Shown: positions 1-13,179 of the stretch, one piece after another
How the letters are laid out: the number at the start of each line of letters is the position of its first letter
Numbering within the stretch: position 1 is the stretch's first letter
Assembly: GCA_900617105.1 (NCBI GenBank)
Contig: UYFQ01000767.1
Coordinates: 62,001-126,000, forward strand
DNA length: 64,000 nt
Source of the DNA: Hydrurus foetidus
Lineage: Eukaryota
Direction: 5' to 3'
Position numbers and translations under genes: made by a program
Notes under the pieces: generated by a model
Databases searched by the model: none
The model's input: only the letters and a program-made list of their open reading frames with translations
What the model was told of the DNA's origin: nothing

Positions 1-89
1 AAAAAAGAAGCACTGTAATAAATGTTCTACACTGCACTTTTACACCACACAATACTATATGAGAAGAGTAGCAAATGCAATGAACTAAC

Positions 90-882
90 CTGTAACGATC
101 TTTTCCTCTGTTTATACAGTCCAGTCATGCCGGCTCCATTCTCGGGCCCGTTGTCGCTCACGAATATTATAAGAGTGTTTTCTTCGATACCGAGAGACTT
201 GACTGTAAGTAAAGGAATCGGAGAAATTGGATAAATGAGATTATATTATATTAGATGAGTTGGGGTGAGGTGATATGATGTGATACAATGTGAGATGATA
301 TTATGTGATATGATATAAAATGAGATGAGATGACAAAAGATAGGATCGGATGAAACATGAATCGAGATATGGGATAGGATTGGATGTGATCAAATCGGAT
401 TCAAAGGTAAAGTAAAATGATCTCCAAAGACAAGATAACAAAAGATAAAGATGAGATGACAAAAAACGAGGTGAGATAAGATAAGGTACAGTGCAGTCAT
501 CCTCTTCTCTTTTCTCACCAGCATTCAACAGCAATCCGATTGAGTGATCCATTGCCGACACCATCGTCTTGTACTGCCACCTAATTAAAGGAAATACCAT
601 CAAATAAAATTGAATACAACCAAATTAAAGGAAATGCCATCAAATATGTTTCATCCCTCATAGCCGAGAAGGCTTTTCTGTTGATTTAATGTTATCAAAT
701 ATACTATACAATATACAACACACAACATTTAACTTAATTCGGTACTCAAGTACCGTATCATCACTCATTAAAAAAATAATTAAACAAATAAGACACAACT
801 ACAAGTAAAGCAATAAATAAATAAATAAATAACGAGTAGAACAATAAATAAATAAATAACGAGTAGATAACGGGTAGAAAAA

Positions 883-973
<91 letters not shown>

Positions 974-3900
974 GTAGAACAATAAAAAAGTAGGTGAAAT
1001 AAATTGGGCAGGAGAATAATAAAAATTCGAATATAAATCTCGTTACTTCGAATAAAAGGACTAACACTTCAAAACAAATTATGTGTCCGTAAGATTTATT
1101 TAATGCATGTAATGCAATACTAAATTATTCGTCACATCGTGAAATTAATCTCATGTTTTTTATATATTCTGTACTCTTAATAAACTCATTCATTTATTTA
1201 TTTATTTACTTACTTAATTATCTTTTTACATTTTTGTTATAGTATCATCAATTTTAATAAAATTAAATTTTGTATAGTACAATTTAACCGTCATAAATAA
1301 TAAAAAAAAACGATTTGCCCAATATTTATTAAATAAATTTAGTCTTACACTCTTGATTCTCTCAGAGGTCCATCTTTGCATTTTTGTTTGCTCCAATATT
1401 CATCCGATTTGCCGTGATGTTCACTGTACACCTAAAGTGATTTTTCAGTGTACATTTTAATTATGTTCATGTTATACGGTGTTAGTGAATATGTTAAGAA
1501 TGTAATATAATATAATATAATGTGATACAATTTGATATAATAAATGTAATGTGATGTAATTCATCATGTTACACATGTTTTGTATTCTAATATTATATTG
1601 TGTATACACACAATGTAACGTATCATGGGACATGAAAAGTAACAATCCAATAATTAAATATCTCCTGCTTATGTGCATATATAAATCAAGACCATACTAT
1701 CCGATCACTATACATAGTATGCAGTATAACATTACATTCATTATTATCATCATTACTTTGATCAGTCTGTAGATACAAAAATTCCAGAATACGAAGTACA
1801 GCATACGAAATACTTTTTATGTACCTTTTCCCCCGATTTCAAAACTTCCCACGGACCGTGTGGAGCATTGAACCAAACCTTGAAAAAATAAAAAACAAAA
1901 TGAAATAAAAACGAAGTAAAAATAGACCTTGGAAGTCAATAAGAAAAGTAAAAGTTGGTTTTATATCAAGTTAAAATAGATGACAGATTAAGAAAAGAAA
2001 ATTTGCTTGGAGTTCTGAGTTATCTTTTTAAAACCCCGATAAACTTTCTTTTCTTTTTTTTTTTCTTTTACTCACTTGTATGAACCAAGGTTGTGTGGGG
2101 CGCATTTCCGTGTTTTGCTTCATTACGGAAATGGCATCTGTGGCTTCCCGATCAGAAAGTACATTCTCTCCTGGATACATATTCGTTAAGACTGATTCAG
2201 TGCATTTCATGTCATGTCATTCAAATTAAAATGTTTCTCGCTGACAGACGATGCGTCACTATCTTTTTCTCTCGTTTCTTTGTGTATTTTTGCATCTCTC
2301 TCAAACTCCTTTCTCCTCTCTCTCCCTTCCCTCTCCCATACCTCGCCTCCCTTCCCCCTCCTCCTCCTTGTTTTCTTTCTCTCTTTCTCTTCTCCATCTC
2401 ATTTTCTTCCTCTCTTCTTCTCAATTCACTCTCAATAATCATGATCTCTCAACAGATGTCTGTGGCCCTTGCTGTGCAGCTGACTGTTCCGATTGAGGAA
2501 AGTGTAGCGAGGAGACTCTGGACCATCCAATTCTAGAATAGAAAAAATAGTATTCATTAATGATCAATGATTCATGAAAAGAAAAATTGAATTGAATGTA
2601 CATCAATTTAATTTTTTCTATTCTAGAGATAAATAAAGAAGTAGCTGTAAAAATAATTTACATAATATTTAATTCATTGATAATGTGATTGAACACAATG
2701 ATGATGATAAAGTTTCGAAAAAAAAGAAAGTGGCGATCAATTTAAATCTGAATTAATTATACGGAATAATGCATAATAAATATTTAACAAACGACTGGAA
2801 ATAATCGTATAAAAGAGACAAACAGAATATCTCATTAAAATGATCAGAAAAATCAAAATATTTTGGGTTCATTGATTTACGTAAATTAATATAATCTGAA
2901 AATGATGGAATTTGCAGCTAATTTTATTTACAACATCGAATTGATTTTATACAACGAGAAGTGGCCAGGTACGGCTTAGGCTTCAAAAGAGATTAAGAGT
3001 TGGGACAAGAATATTAAGTAGAATAATAAATAATGATAAATAATAAATAATAATAAATAATAAATAATAATAAAAATAATGATAAATAATAAATAATAAT
3101 AACAATAATAATGATAAATAATAATGATAAGTAATAAATAATAGATAATAAATGGTAAATAATAATAGTAAATAATAAATATTAGATAATAAAAAGTATA
3201 CCTTACAGTGTACCGTATCTTACACCTTATGGAATACTATACCGTAACCTCACGGTATGAACCTTCCGCTATATCTTACCGGATATGTATTCTTCGAAGC
3301 CGTGTTGGTTGGGGGATGGTCGGCGACACTCGTCTCTCAGTGCTCTGTCTAGTCGGTTCTCCTCCCTCATACCCCCTAAATGCCACTTGCCTGTGATGAC
3401 ATGTGATGTGATGTGTTTTGATGAGATGTGATATGATGTGATATGATGTGATGTGATGTGATGTGATGTGATGTGATGTGATGTGATGTGATGTGTGATG
3501 TGATGTGATGTGATGTGATGTGATGTGATGTGATGTGATGTCATGAGATATGATGTGATGTGGTGTGATGTGATATGTGATATTATGTTACATTGAATGA
3601 CGGTATGATAAAAGATGAAGAATCATCTAAACTGTTTTATCAAAGTAACAATATCAATTATATGATCATCGGGTATTATTTAAGATAATGTGATTTACCC
3701 GTTGTGAGTCGTGTGATTGGATATGTTGTGACATTGTATGAAATGTGATATAGTATGACATGTTAATATATGTGACATCTTAATATGATAAGATTAAGAT
3801 TAAACAGCAACAACAATAATAATAATAATGATAATAATGATGATAATGATGATAGTGATGATGATAATAGTAATAGTAATAGTAATAACAATAATAGTAA

Positions 3901-6900
3901 TAATAATAGTAATAATAGTAAAAATACTAATAACAATAATAATGATGATAGTGATGATAGTAATAACAATAATAATAATAATAAGAAGAAGAATGATGAT
4001 AATGATAATAATGATGATAATAACAATAATAATAATAATAATAATAATAATGATGATAGTGATAATAATAATAATAATAATAATGATGATGATGATAGTG
4101 ATAATAATAATAATGATGATGATGATAATAATAATAGTAATAGTAATGTGGTACTGATCTTACAACAGAGTGATATTAATATTTATGTTATCGTGTAATA
4201 CTTAATAAAATGCCATTTACCAATTATGCAAATATATATTATGATAAGATATGATATCGTATGATTTTGAATGATATTATGTGATGTGTTCTGATGTACT
4301 AAATAATATAATATAGCTTAACAATGTTAAAATAATACTTTTATACAATAATATTCGTTATGTTATTGCCATATAGTATTTAATATAATGCCATTTGCCT
4401 GTAAAATGTAATTTGATATTGTATACTTTGTTAGATAATAATGCAATATGATATGATATGGTGTGACGGTATAATAAGGAACAATTAGCAATCTAATAAA
4501 GTTACAATAAAGTTATAATAAAGTTACAGTAAAGTTATAATAAAGTTATGATAATGTTACAATAAAGATATGATAAAGTTATGATAAAGTTATGATAATG
4601 TTATGATAATGTTACAATAATGTTATAATGAAGTTATGACAACATTGCAATATTTGACGAAATTATACGGTACTTATTCAGATGCCAATCGCCTGCTAAT
4701 CGATGATGAAATATGATATTACATGATATGATGAAGATTACAAAAGTTAATTTTATCGTCTTCTAATGAAAATTTTCACATATAACATCACATCAATAAT
4801 GATAACATTATACAATGCTTCACTGGTGATGATGCAATTATCTTAATATCACCAGTAAAAATAGAATCGAAGAAAAAAAAGAGTGTTGTAAAAACGATTG
4901 TGTGAGTAATCTTAGAAACATATTAAGATAGATAAAAATAGAATACTAAAGAAAGTGCAAGGCAATTTCAAATTCAATAATACTATGAAAGATAAATGAT
5001 AAAATGTATATAAATAAACATAGAGTAAAATAAAAAACTCCGAAGAAAGGGGAAGAAAAATAAGGAAGGAGGGAGAGAAGAAGGAAAGAGAAAAATATAG
5101 TATAATAAAATATGATTAGTATAGTGCTGCGTTACGTAACAATACATTTACATACCGCATATCTAAATTAATAAAAACACAAAAGATACAACACAACACA
5201 ACACAACACAACACAACACAACACAACACAACACAACACAACACAACACAACACAACACAACACAATACAATACAACACAATACAACACAACACAATACA
5301 ATACAACACAATACAACACAACACAACACAATACAATACAACACAACACAACACAACACAATACAACACAACATAACAAAATACAACACAACACAACACA
5401 ACACAACACAACACAACACAACACAACACAACACAACACAACACAATACAACACAACACAACACAACACATCACAACACAGCACAATACAACACAACACA
5501 ATACAATACAACACAACACAACACAACACAACACAACACAGCACAATGCAATACAACACAATGCAATACAACACAACACCCACCTGAATGTGATGTATAA
5601 TATCCCGCTTGTCGCAACATTTCAGGACCAGTTACCACTTGGGGTAAATACCCGTTACGCTGAGATAAATCTTGTCCGAGTTCAAATGCGTTTAGAGCAT
5701 CTAATCTAGGGAAATAACAGCAATTTTAAATATTACATTTTGTTCTCTCATGTTTCCTCTGTCCTTTATTCATGTTTTTTATGTTTATATGCTAGGTTAT
5801 TTCATTTTATTTTATGTTGTGTTGTGTTATGTTGTGTCAAGCGAAGTACTACTTTGTTTTGTTTTGTTTTGTTTTGTTTTGTTTTGTTTTGTTTTGTTTT
5901 GATTTTATTTGTAGTGTTTCAGTGTGTTTTTTATTTTACATGATATATTGTTTTGTAATATTGGAATTATTTTAAATATTCTAATTTATGCGAGACAAAA
6001 TTTTCATCATGGGAACATGATGCGATGTTGCCACTGCTGACAACATCATAATATGACGATCGGTATATGTCACATCATTGATGGAGTCGTTTCATAACGT
6101 GTAACAAGAAATACTGGAGACAAAGATGTTCCGACATATACAATAACATTATTTTATCATGCACAATAAATGACGTTCATTTGACTGTCTTCTGATACAC
6201 TTCAATTTATTCAATTTAAATTTTAAATCGAACTAAATATTTAATCGGATAAATTATTCATCTTACACGACAACAATACAAAATTCAATTATACCGTATT
6301 GAACCGTATTACGCCGTATTATACCGTACCTCCAGGGAAATAGGCCGGTCATTACGGCCACTCTGGAGGGAGAACACACAGGACTGGCCGAGTGGAAATT
6401 GGTCAAAATCATGCCTGCTCAAGTTGAAGTTGAAGTTGAAGAAGAAAAGAAGAGATGAGTTGAGTTGAGAATAGAAAAGAAAAAAAAGAAGAAAGTAAAG
6501 AGGAGGAAGAGGAAGAGGAAGAAGAGCAGAACAGAACAGAACAGAACAGAACAGAACAGAACAGAACAGAACAGAACAGAACAGAAGAAAAGAGAAGAAG
6601 AGATGAGTAGAAAGGAATAGAATAGAAAAAAAAGATGAAAAGAGAAGGAGGAAGAGGAAGGTGAAGAAGAGAAGGAGGAAGAGGAAGGTGAAGTTGAGGG
6701 TATGTGATGGATGTCATGTAGGATGATATGTGTTGGGCATATCAGATAGTTACGAAATTCGGTATCAATCAATCAATTGTCTTTAGTTTCAATTAGTTAA
6801 TCAATAATACGGTTTATAAAAAAATTAATTTGTCACCAAATAAATAAATAAATTTATTGTAATATGATGCGTACCACAATAGAAACCATTGAAGTGAAGT

Positions 6901-9900
6901 GTACGAGTTTACATCTAGCAATGTTATGATTTGATAATAAAAATAAAAATCGCGTAGACAACATTAGCAGCATCACAAATAAAGAATTAGCATCTAATTC
7001 ATGGTAATAAATTACGGAGCGTGGACCTTGTTTTGCCATAGATTCCAGATTTGGCGTCAAAATCCCTCCCTCACTGCAATAATGTTCAGAACTTGAATTT
7101 CCGTTTGTAAAAGGAAAAACAGATAGATCTCCATATCCTAACAATGTAGAATAAAATGTTTCATCATATCTAATTTTTTTTTTTCTCGTGTTATTTTGTC
7201 CATTTGTAATATTAAAAATTATTCTTTGTATTATTGTGGTAAAAAAGTTTTTTGGTATGTGAATAAGATATTTATGTTGTCTAATCAATTGCAACATCAG
7301 ATCAAGGCTCCTCGTTTATTCCAGGTCCACGTTTAATCTGGACCCACCCCTATACACGACAATTAACTGACCGTACTGAAAACAGAAAACAGTACGGTCA
7401 GTCTATTGTCGTGTATAGGGGTAGGTCCAGATTAAACGTGGACCTGGAAAAAAGGAGCCTTGAGATGGGGGGAGACGAAAATGTATGTAGTATATGATAA
7501 AGAAATAAGCACAGTTCGTAATTCGGATAATCATTTATATTGTAAATCAATAACATTTTTTACTTTTATTCCTACTTATAATTTTCAGTTTTTTCGTAAG
7601 CATTAAAAACACACAAAATTACACAAATAACGAATATTGAAATGAGTGAACTTATGCAAATTAAACTGATATTAAATGTATGTAAAAAAATGTTCCGAAT
7701 CAAAAAAATTAAATGTATTAATTATAAAAAATTTAGAAATTAAAAAATATCAAGTGATGTAAATGTTAAGAATTTGAATTTTACAAATTCGGAATTCACA
7801 GGCTTCAATGTTACGGATTTGAATTGCTGAGCTTACCGAGATCATCCGCCATGATGAAAAGAATGTTCGGCATAGAAGAAGAAGAAGAAGAGAAAGAAGG
7901 GAGATCGTGTTTGTTTTTCTGTTTTTTATTCGGTTTCTTTTTTGTATTTGTTAATTTTCTTTCATTTTGAAATTTATTGTTACTACTACTTTTATTTTTA
8001 TTTTCATTATTTTCATCATTTACGCTGTTTACAATGTCATTACTTATCTCACTTATATCACTATTGTTTGCATTATATGTGACATTGTAATTTCCGATAG
8101 CGTTATCCCCGTATTCAATTCTAATGTAATTCGCTTGACTTGAAGTTGAAGTTGAAGTTGAAGTTGAAGTGTTATGAATAGTGACGTCATTATTAATGCT
8201 TGTGTTTCCTAACGAAGAATGTTCCGCAGCTCTTTCAGCGAAAATTCTTTTTACCTTCAAAAAGAAATAGGAAATAATAGAGAAGAAATGAGTTGAAAAG
8301 AGAAATAATGATAATAGTGACAACAATAATAATAATAGTAATGATAATGATAATAATAATGATAATAGTAGTAATAGTAACAACAATAATAATAACAATA
8401 AAAAGAAGAAGAGAAAAAAGAGGGTAAAAAACGAGGAGAAGAGAAGATGGGGAAAGATAGAAGTGAAGAGAAAAAGATAAGAAAAATAGAAAATTGATGA
8501 GAAAACACTGACGATGGAGAGTATTGCATGATTCGATATTACACAATGTGATGTGATGTCATTTGATGATATGTGAAGTGAAAAATATTCATTTAATGTA
8601 ATATGAATGGGGTGTGATGTAATGTGATATGATGTGAGATTAAGCGATAAATTATGCGATGTCATGCACATTGTCCGTTACAATGCATCATACTATCACG
8701 TGATATCAAAAAATAAAATCACGCAAAACAATACACTGCAGTTTGCAAAAACACAAAAATCAAATTCATTTTTAATTTGGTTCGTAAGTCCATAAAGTAC
8801 GTATGTACACGTACGTACGTATGGATGAGTCATGTCCCAAGGTTGCCAATTTCTTCTTTTCTTAATAACCTGTGTAAGTACGTACGTCATAATTATTAAG
8901 AGTACAGAAATGTTTGTACATATTTGAAATAGGTGCGTTTTAATTCATCCATGTATGTTTCATTCTATGCACGCATTTCTGCTACTTCATACACGTGTAC
9001 CCATCATCTTCTTATTTCCTGCACATGTTAACATCAATTTACACACACGAACATATTAGGTAGATGAGGAAGAAATGTGTTATCGCAGTATACTATTAAC
9101 TTGTCAAAATTAAAAAATAATTATCATCGTCAAATCTACTGTAACTTATTGATGCATGTCATATATTAAGCAGATAAATAACTAGATTCTAAACAGCATA
9201 ACACGTACACGTGTGAAGTAATGCATGTCTGTGTCTAGTAACATATATACTTGTGTAAAGTAAGACATATAAGTCTATAAAACGATACATGCAGTTTCAA
9301 ACAGAATTATAGTAGAGCTTAAATCTCACAGATGCTTTTTCACAGACAACATTCTTAGAGAAAAGAAGTGTCTGTGTATTGATATTTTGTAGCTGTCTGG
9401 TTAGACTCCAGCATTGCAGTGAAAATGATCCAATCAAACACGAGCCTTGACCTCGATGTTTTATCAATATACGGCAGCAGCAACAGATAAATAGATTGAC
9501 AAATCAACTAATCTAATCTAATTCAATCCGTCAAATTACAGCGTCACAAAGATTATTCATGCACTCTCTTGAGTCTGCAGAAGATCATTCTGTAACATAA
9601 TGTGTAGCGCATTTTCGATTGGACATTCTCAAGTTGATAAATGGTTGTAACTAACATTCAGCTTGTCCATAGTTTCTTTTAAAGTAGCAGAACGTTCGTG
9701 ATGCCCGACATGATTGAAGAGTTCCTCTGACTCAGGCCGTCTCGGATATAAACAGTCGAAATCGCAGTGTCCGACTTCAGAATAAACTAGTCGAAACTCA
9801 AGTAGCAGAATACAGAAGGCTGCTCTGCATCGAAGTGATAACCCATTATAATTTACTCCGCCAGCGCGCTGCTTGCTGATTCCCCGTCCTCCTCTATGAC

Positions 9901-9955
9901 TCTCGACACGGTAGCACTTCAGCACGGTTTCTGTGCTGAAGTCATTAGATGCCAT
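90..9955 (-). CDS. Formylglycine-dependent (Cys-type, S1 family) sulfatase / arylsulfatase-like protein, multi-exon, 3' end beyond the left window edge
   Basis: Manually spliced exons (minus strand): 9955-9656, 9353-9330, 8869-8819, 8254-7837, 7137-7027, 6414-6330, 5705-5584, 3390-3280, 2532-~2440 (donor unresolved), ~2170-2076, 1878-1825, 1431-1349, 580-519, 202-90. The translation has the sulfatase hallmarks in order: PNILFIMADDLGYGD, TPNLESMAKQG, SPVCSPSR (CxPxR), GYYTSHSGKWHLG, FNAPHGPW, MVSAMDHSIG, ENTLIIFVSDNG. The three 5'-most exons are less certain. Confidence 0.93.
881..971. repeat. (AAAT)n microsatellite
   Basis: Direct reading; sulfatase intron. Confidence 0.95.
3395..4147. repeat. 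(GTGAT)n tract (3395-3575) and (AAT/GAT)n tract (3805-4147)
   Basis: Direct reading; sulfatase intron. Confidence 0.9.
5187..5578. repeat. (ACACA/ATACA)n pentanucleotide microsatellite abutting a splice donor
   Basis: Direct reading; it starts about 5 nt into the intron on the sense strand. Confidence 0.95.
7303..7462. mobile_element. 160-bp foldback MITE with a 4-bp target-site duplication (AGAT)
   Basis: Near-perfect hairpin CAAGGCTCCT..TTCCAGGTCCACGTTTAATCTGGACC..GACCGTACTG / CAGTACGGTC..GGTCCAGATTAAACGTGGACCTGGAA..AGGAGCCTTG. AGAT lies at 7299-7302 and 7463-7466. It sits in a sulfatase intron. Confidence 0.85.
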
Positions 9956-10654
9956 TGTAACTGCAAATTCTCTAGATAAGTTGTGCAACGTGTAAAAAGT
10001 TTGGCTCCAGTCTCTATGCTTGTAGTATGATTGCTTTCGAAGATCAAAAGAATCCTCTCAAACCGAACACGACTGCACAGACGCGTAAAGAGCTGACGCT
10101 CATTGAAGATGACATGAACAGACAAACAAACATACCAACTACCTCATTCGATAGTTACCGTAGCAGCAATCTATACTCCCGTAACATTCAGCGAAAACTC
10201 GAGACAAATATTCGATGAAAAATTTCCGGAATGCGAATGGAATATTTGCGGAAACGGAAATAGATCTGACCGAAGAGGGGGGTAAATCTCAAAACCCTGG
10301 GGTTTCTTCCGGATAATATTTCCGTGTTTGATCGAATGACTCATCAACTTCATTCATTTCAATTTTACGGTTTCGGTTGTGACGTGCATTCCTATCTCAT
10401 ATCTGCTGGCGTTGGAGAGTTGAAAGTTCTTTTAGAATCGCCTGAGCAACTGTGGATCAGAAACATCTCAATCTTCAGAGAGATTCAGCGGGTCAGTGTA
10501 AAATTTTACAATTGCGAAATTTGAAGTGGACGGAAAGGAAAGTGATGGAATCCGTCCATCACAGGATCATCTGTGCCATCTTACTGATATAGAAAAGCAC
10601 TGCACAAACTGTCTTATGAACTGTGGAAGCTGAAAAGCGTTGAGCAGATAAAAG
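9956..10654. promoter_or_regulatory. Short divergent (head-to-head) intergenic region, probable bidirectional promoter
   Basis: About 700 bp between the sulfatase ATG (9955, minus) and the membrane-protein ATG (10655, plus). It lacks the microsatellites seen in introns. Confidence 0.5.
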
Positions 10655-13144
10655 ATGATATCAATGAGGAGAACTCGAAGGAGAGACACAGTCAAACCCA
10701 TCGCATCTATATTCTTGTGTCTAATATTAACGGTAGCGAAAGTACGTTTCGTCACATCGTTTGGAAGTACTCGGCCTCTTCGTGCTATTCCACAAAAGAA
10801 AATCGGCACATCATCAGCGCCTTCTCCTTCTTCAGCTATCTGTGATGTCCCAAGTCCACTGACTGTACTACCATCGAATCCGAACCCAGCACTTCTGAGC
10901 ATTTCTCCAGCAAGCTTAGCATTTATCACAGGAGCAATTACGGCAGCTACCGGAACAGCAGCGGTTGCGAATGCTGCTGTGACTCCAGCAATAGCTACTG
11001 TTTCTACTGCTTCGAATACATTCCTAGGTGAGTAGAACAATCAGTTGCTTCTGAGACTATTCTGATAGATAACTGCCTGTTCTGACTTCAGCACCATTAC
11101 AATTTCTCATGTTGGAGTGTATTGTCTCACCGCATGCAACGCAAGGTAGTCCACTGTAGTATTCTCAGATAGACATTGCTCAGATAAGAATTCTACTCTT
11201 ATTCTGCTCATCTTTAACTCTTATTCTGTTCTTTTTCTCTTTTGCTTATTACCTATTCTGAACAGAAATCTACTCTGTAAAATCTACTTCCTATCTGTAA
11301 AATCTGCTATACTCTTCATTCCTTCTACTCATCATCTGCTTCTTTTTTAAACCTCTTCTACTCCTACTCTTTTGAACATATTCTGCTTCTACTAGGCGGT
11401 ATCGTGCCGTCTCTTGGACCCCTTAAATTCGTCACAAGCATGGCTGTATTTGGTTATATTTACGATCTTGTCGAGACCACATTCTGGTCCGCACTGCTGC
11501 CAGGTGAGATTATCTGAAGTGACACTACAATTTGTGCATTGTTTATGTATTTAATTTCCAGTAGATATGCTGACTGACTGATGTACTGACTCACTCACTC
11601 ACTCACTCACTGTGTGACTCATGCACTGACTGACTGATTGTTTGTCTGTCATTGTATCTGTCTGTCTGTGTGTGTGTGCCTGTCTGTTAGCCTGTCTATA
11701 CATTGTATGTATGTGGGTCTGTTTGATGTACTGAATACTTTCAGCTCATTGAATTGCGACTGACTCTATTTCTAATGCAAAGTGCCCCAACTCGTTTTTC
11801 TGTTCATTCTTTTTTTTTTATTTACGAACTGACTCACTCACTCCTCCCTTCTTAATTTAACATTATTCCATAAGTTCCATATTTTCTTAGCTATATTGCA
11901 AATACCTTCATTATTATCACTATTGTTGTTTTTACTATCATTATTATTATTATTATTATTAGTATTACTGTTTTTATTATTATTATTACTATTATCATCA
12001 TTCTTCTTCTTATTATTATTATTATTGTTACGATTATTATCATTATCTTCAACATTATTATTATCATAATCATCAACATTATTATTATCATTATCATCAA
12101 CATTATTATTACCATTATTATTATCATTATTACTATTTTTACCATTATTATTATTATGATTATTATTACTATTATTATTATTATGTGTCATTAAGCTGTG
12201 TGATCTGCTTTTTAATATTATCACTTTACATTGCAGTCAACCAAGAAGACGCACTGGCTATATTTGTATCAGAAGGGGTTTCAGGTATTATACTCTACTG
12301 ATTCGGTCCTATCATTCTCGCCATCTAATCTAATCTAATCTAATCTTCACACATTAGGTTGCGCTATCTACGTTTTTTCTTCTTTTTTTCCCTTTGGAGT
12401 CTAGTTTTTTCTTTTCTATTGCTTTCTTTGATATTCCTTACTATTGGTCCGTTATTCTTTTTTTCTTCTAACTCGTTACGTGCTTTTGCTGATACATTTC
12501 GAATTTTATTCAATTTTTAGCCCTCATTTTTTTATTTTCCATCTCCAATCCGTCTTCCGTGCTCTTTTCTTCGATCATTATTTCACATTTCTTCATGTTT
12601 TTTGTACAAAATATCCATTCTGCCCTACTCTCCTTCATTACTGTATTTTCTTTTCCTTCCATGATCAAATCTTATTTGTCTTTTACCCACATTTGTGGGT
12701 AAAAGACAAATAATTGCCATCGTCAATTTGAACTCTATCTTCCTCTCTTCCTTTTCCCTCTCTCTATTTCCACTTCTACTTTTTCTTCTTTTCTTCATCT
12801 ATTTCATTTTCATTCTTTGTTACTCTGCTCTCTCCATCTATTTCGTAACGTCAATTTCTACTTCATCTTTTTCTTCTTTTTTCTTTCTCTTCTTTTTCTC
12901 ACGTCTGTTTCTCTTTCTTTTTCTCACACCCTATCTTTCTCATTTCATTTTCCCCTCCACTTTTTAGGATCTCTGAGTGGCATAGTCGCCAAATTGGTGA
13001 GCTATTTGGACGGAAATAAAAACAATAAAGATTCCGGTCTAGTCAGCGCGGGCACGTATGGAGCATACTTCGGTACGTACGTATTGTATGTATACTGTAC
13101 ATACTAGGACAATACGAAGTCCTTTTCTCTCTTCTTTTACTTAC

Positions 13145-13179
<35 letters not shown>

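Noticed and set aside
2215..2455. Inverted intron or antisense gene suggested by a + strand pyrimidine tract ending in CAG
   Set aside because: Purine-rich intron 5' ends also occur in canonical introns here (32860-32970, 39625-39690), and un-inverting the segment did not give a convincing frame.
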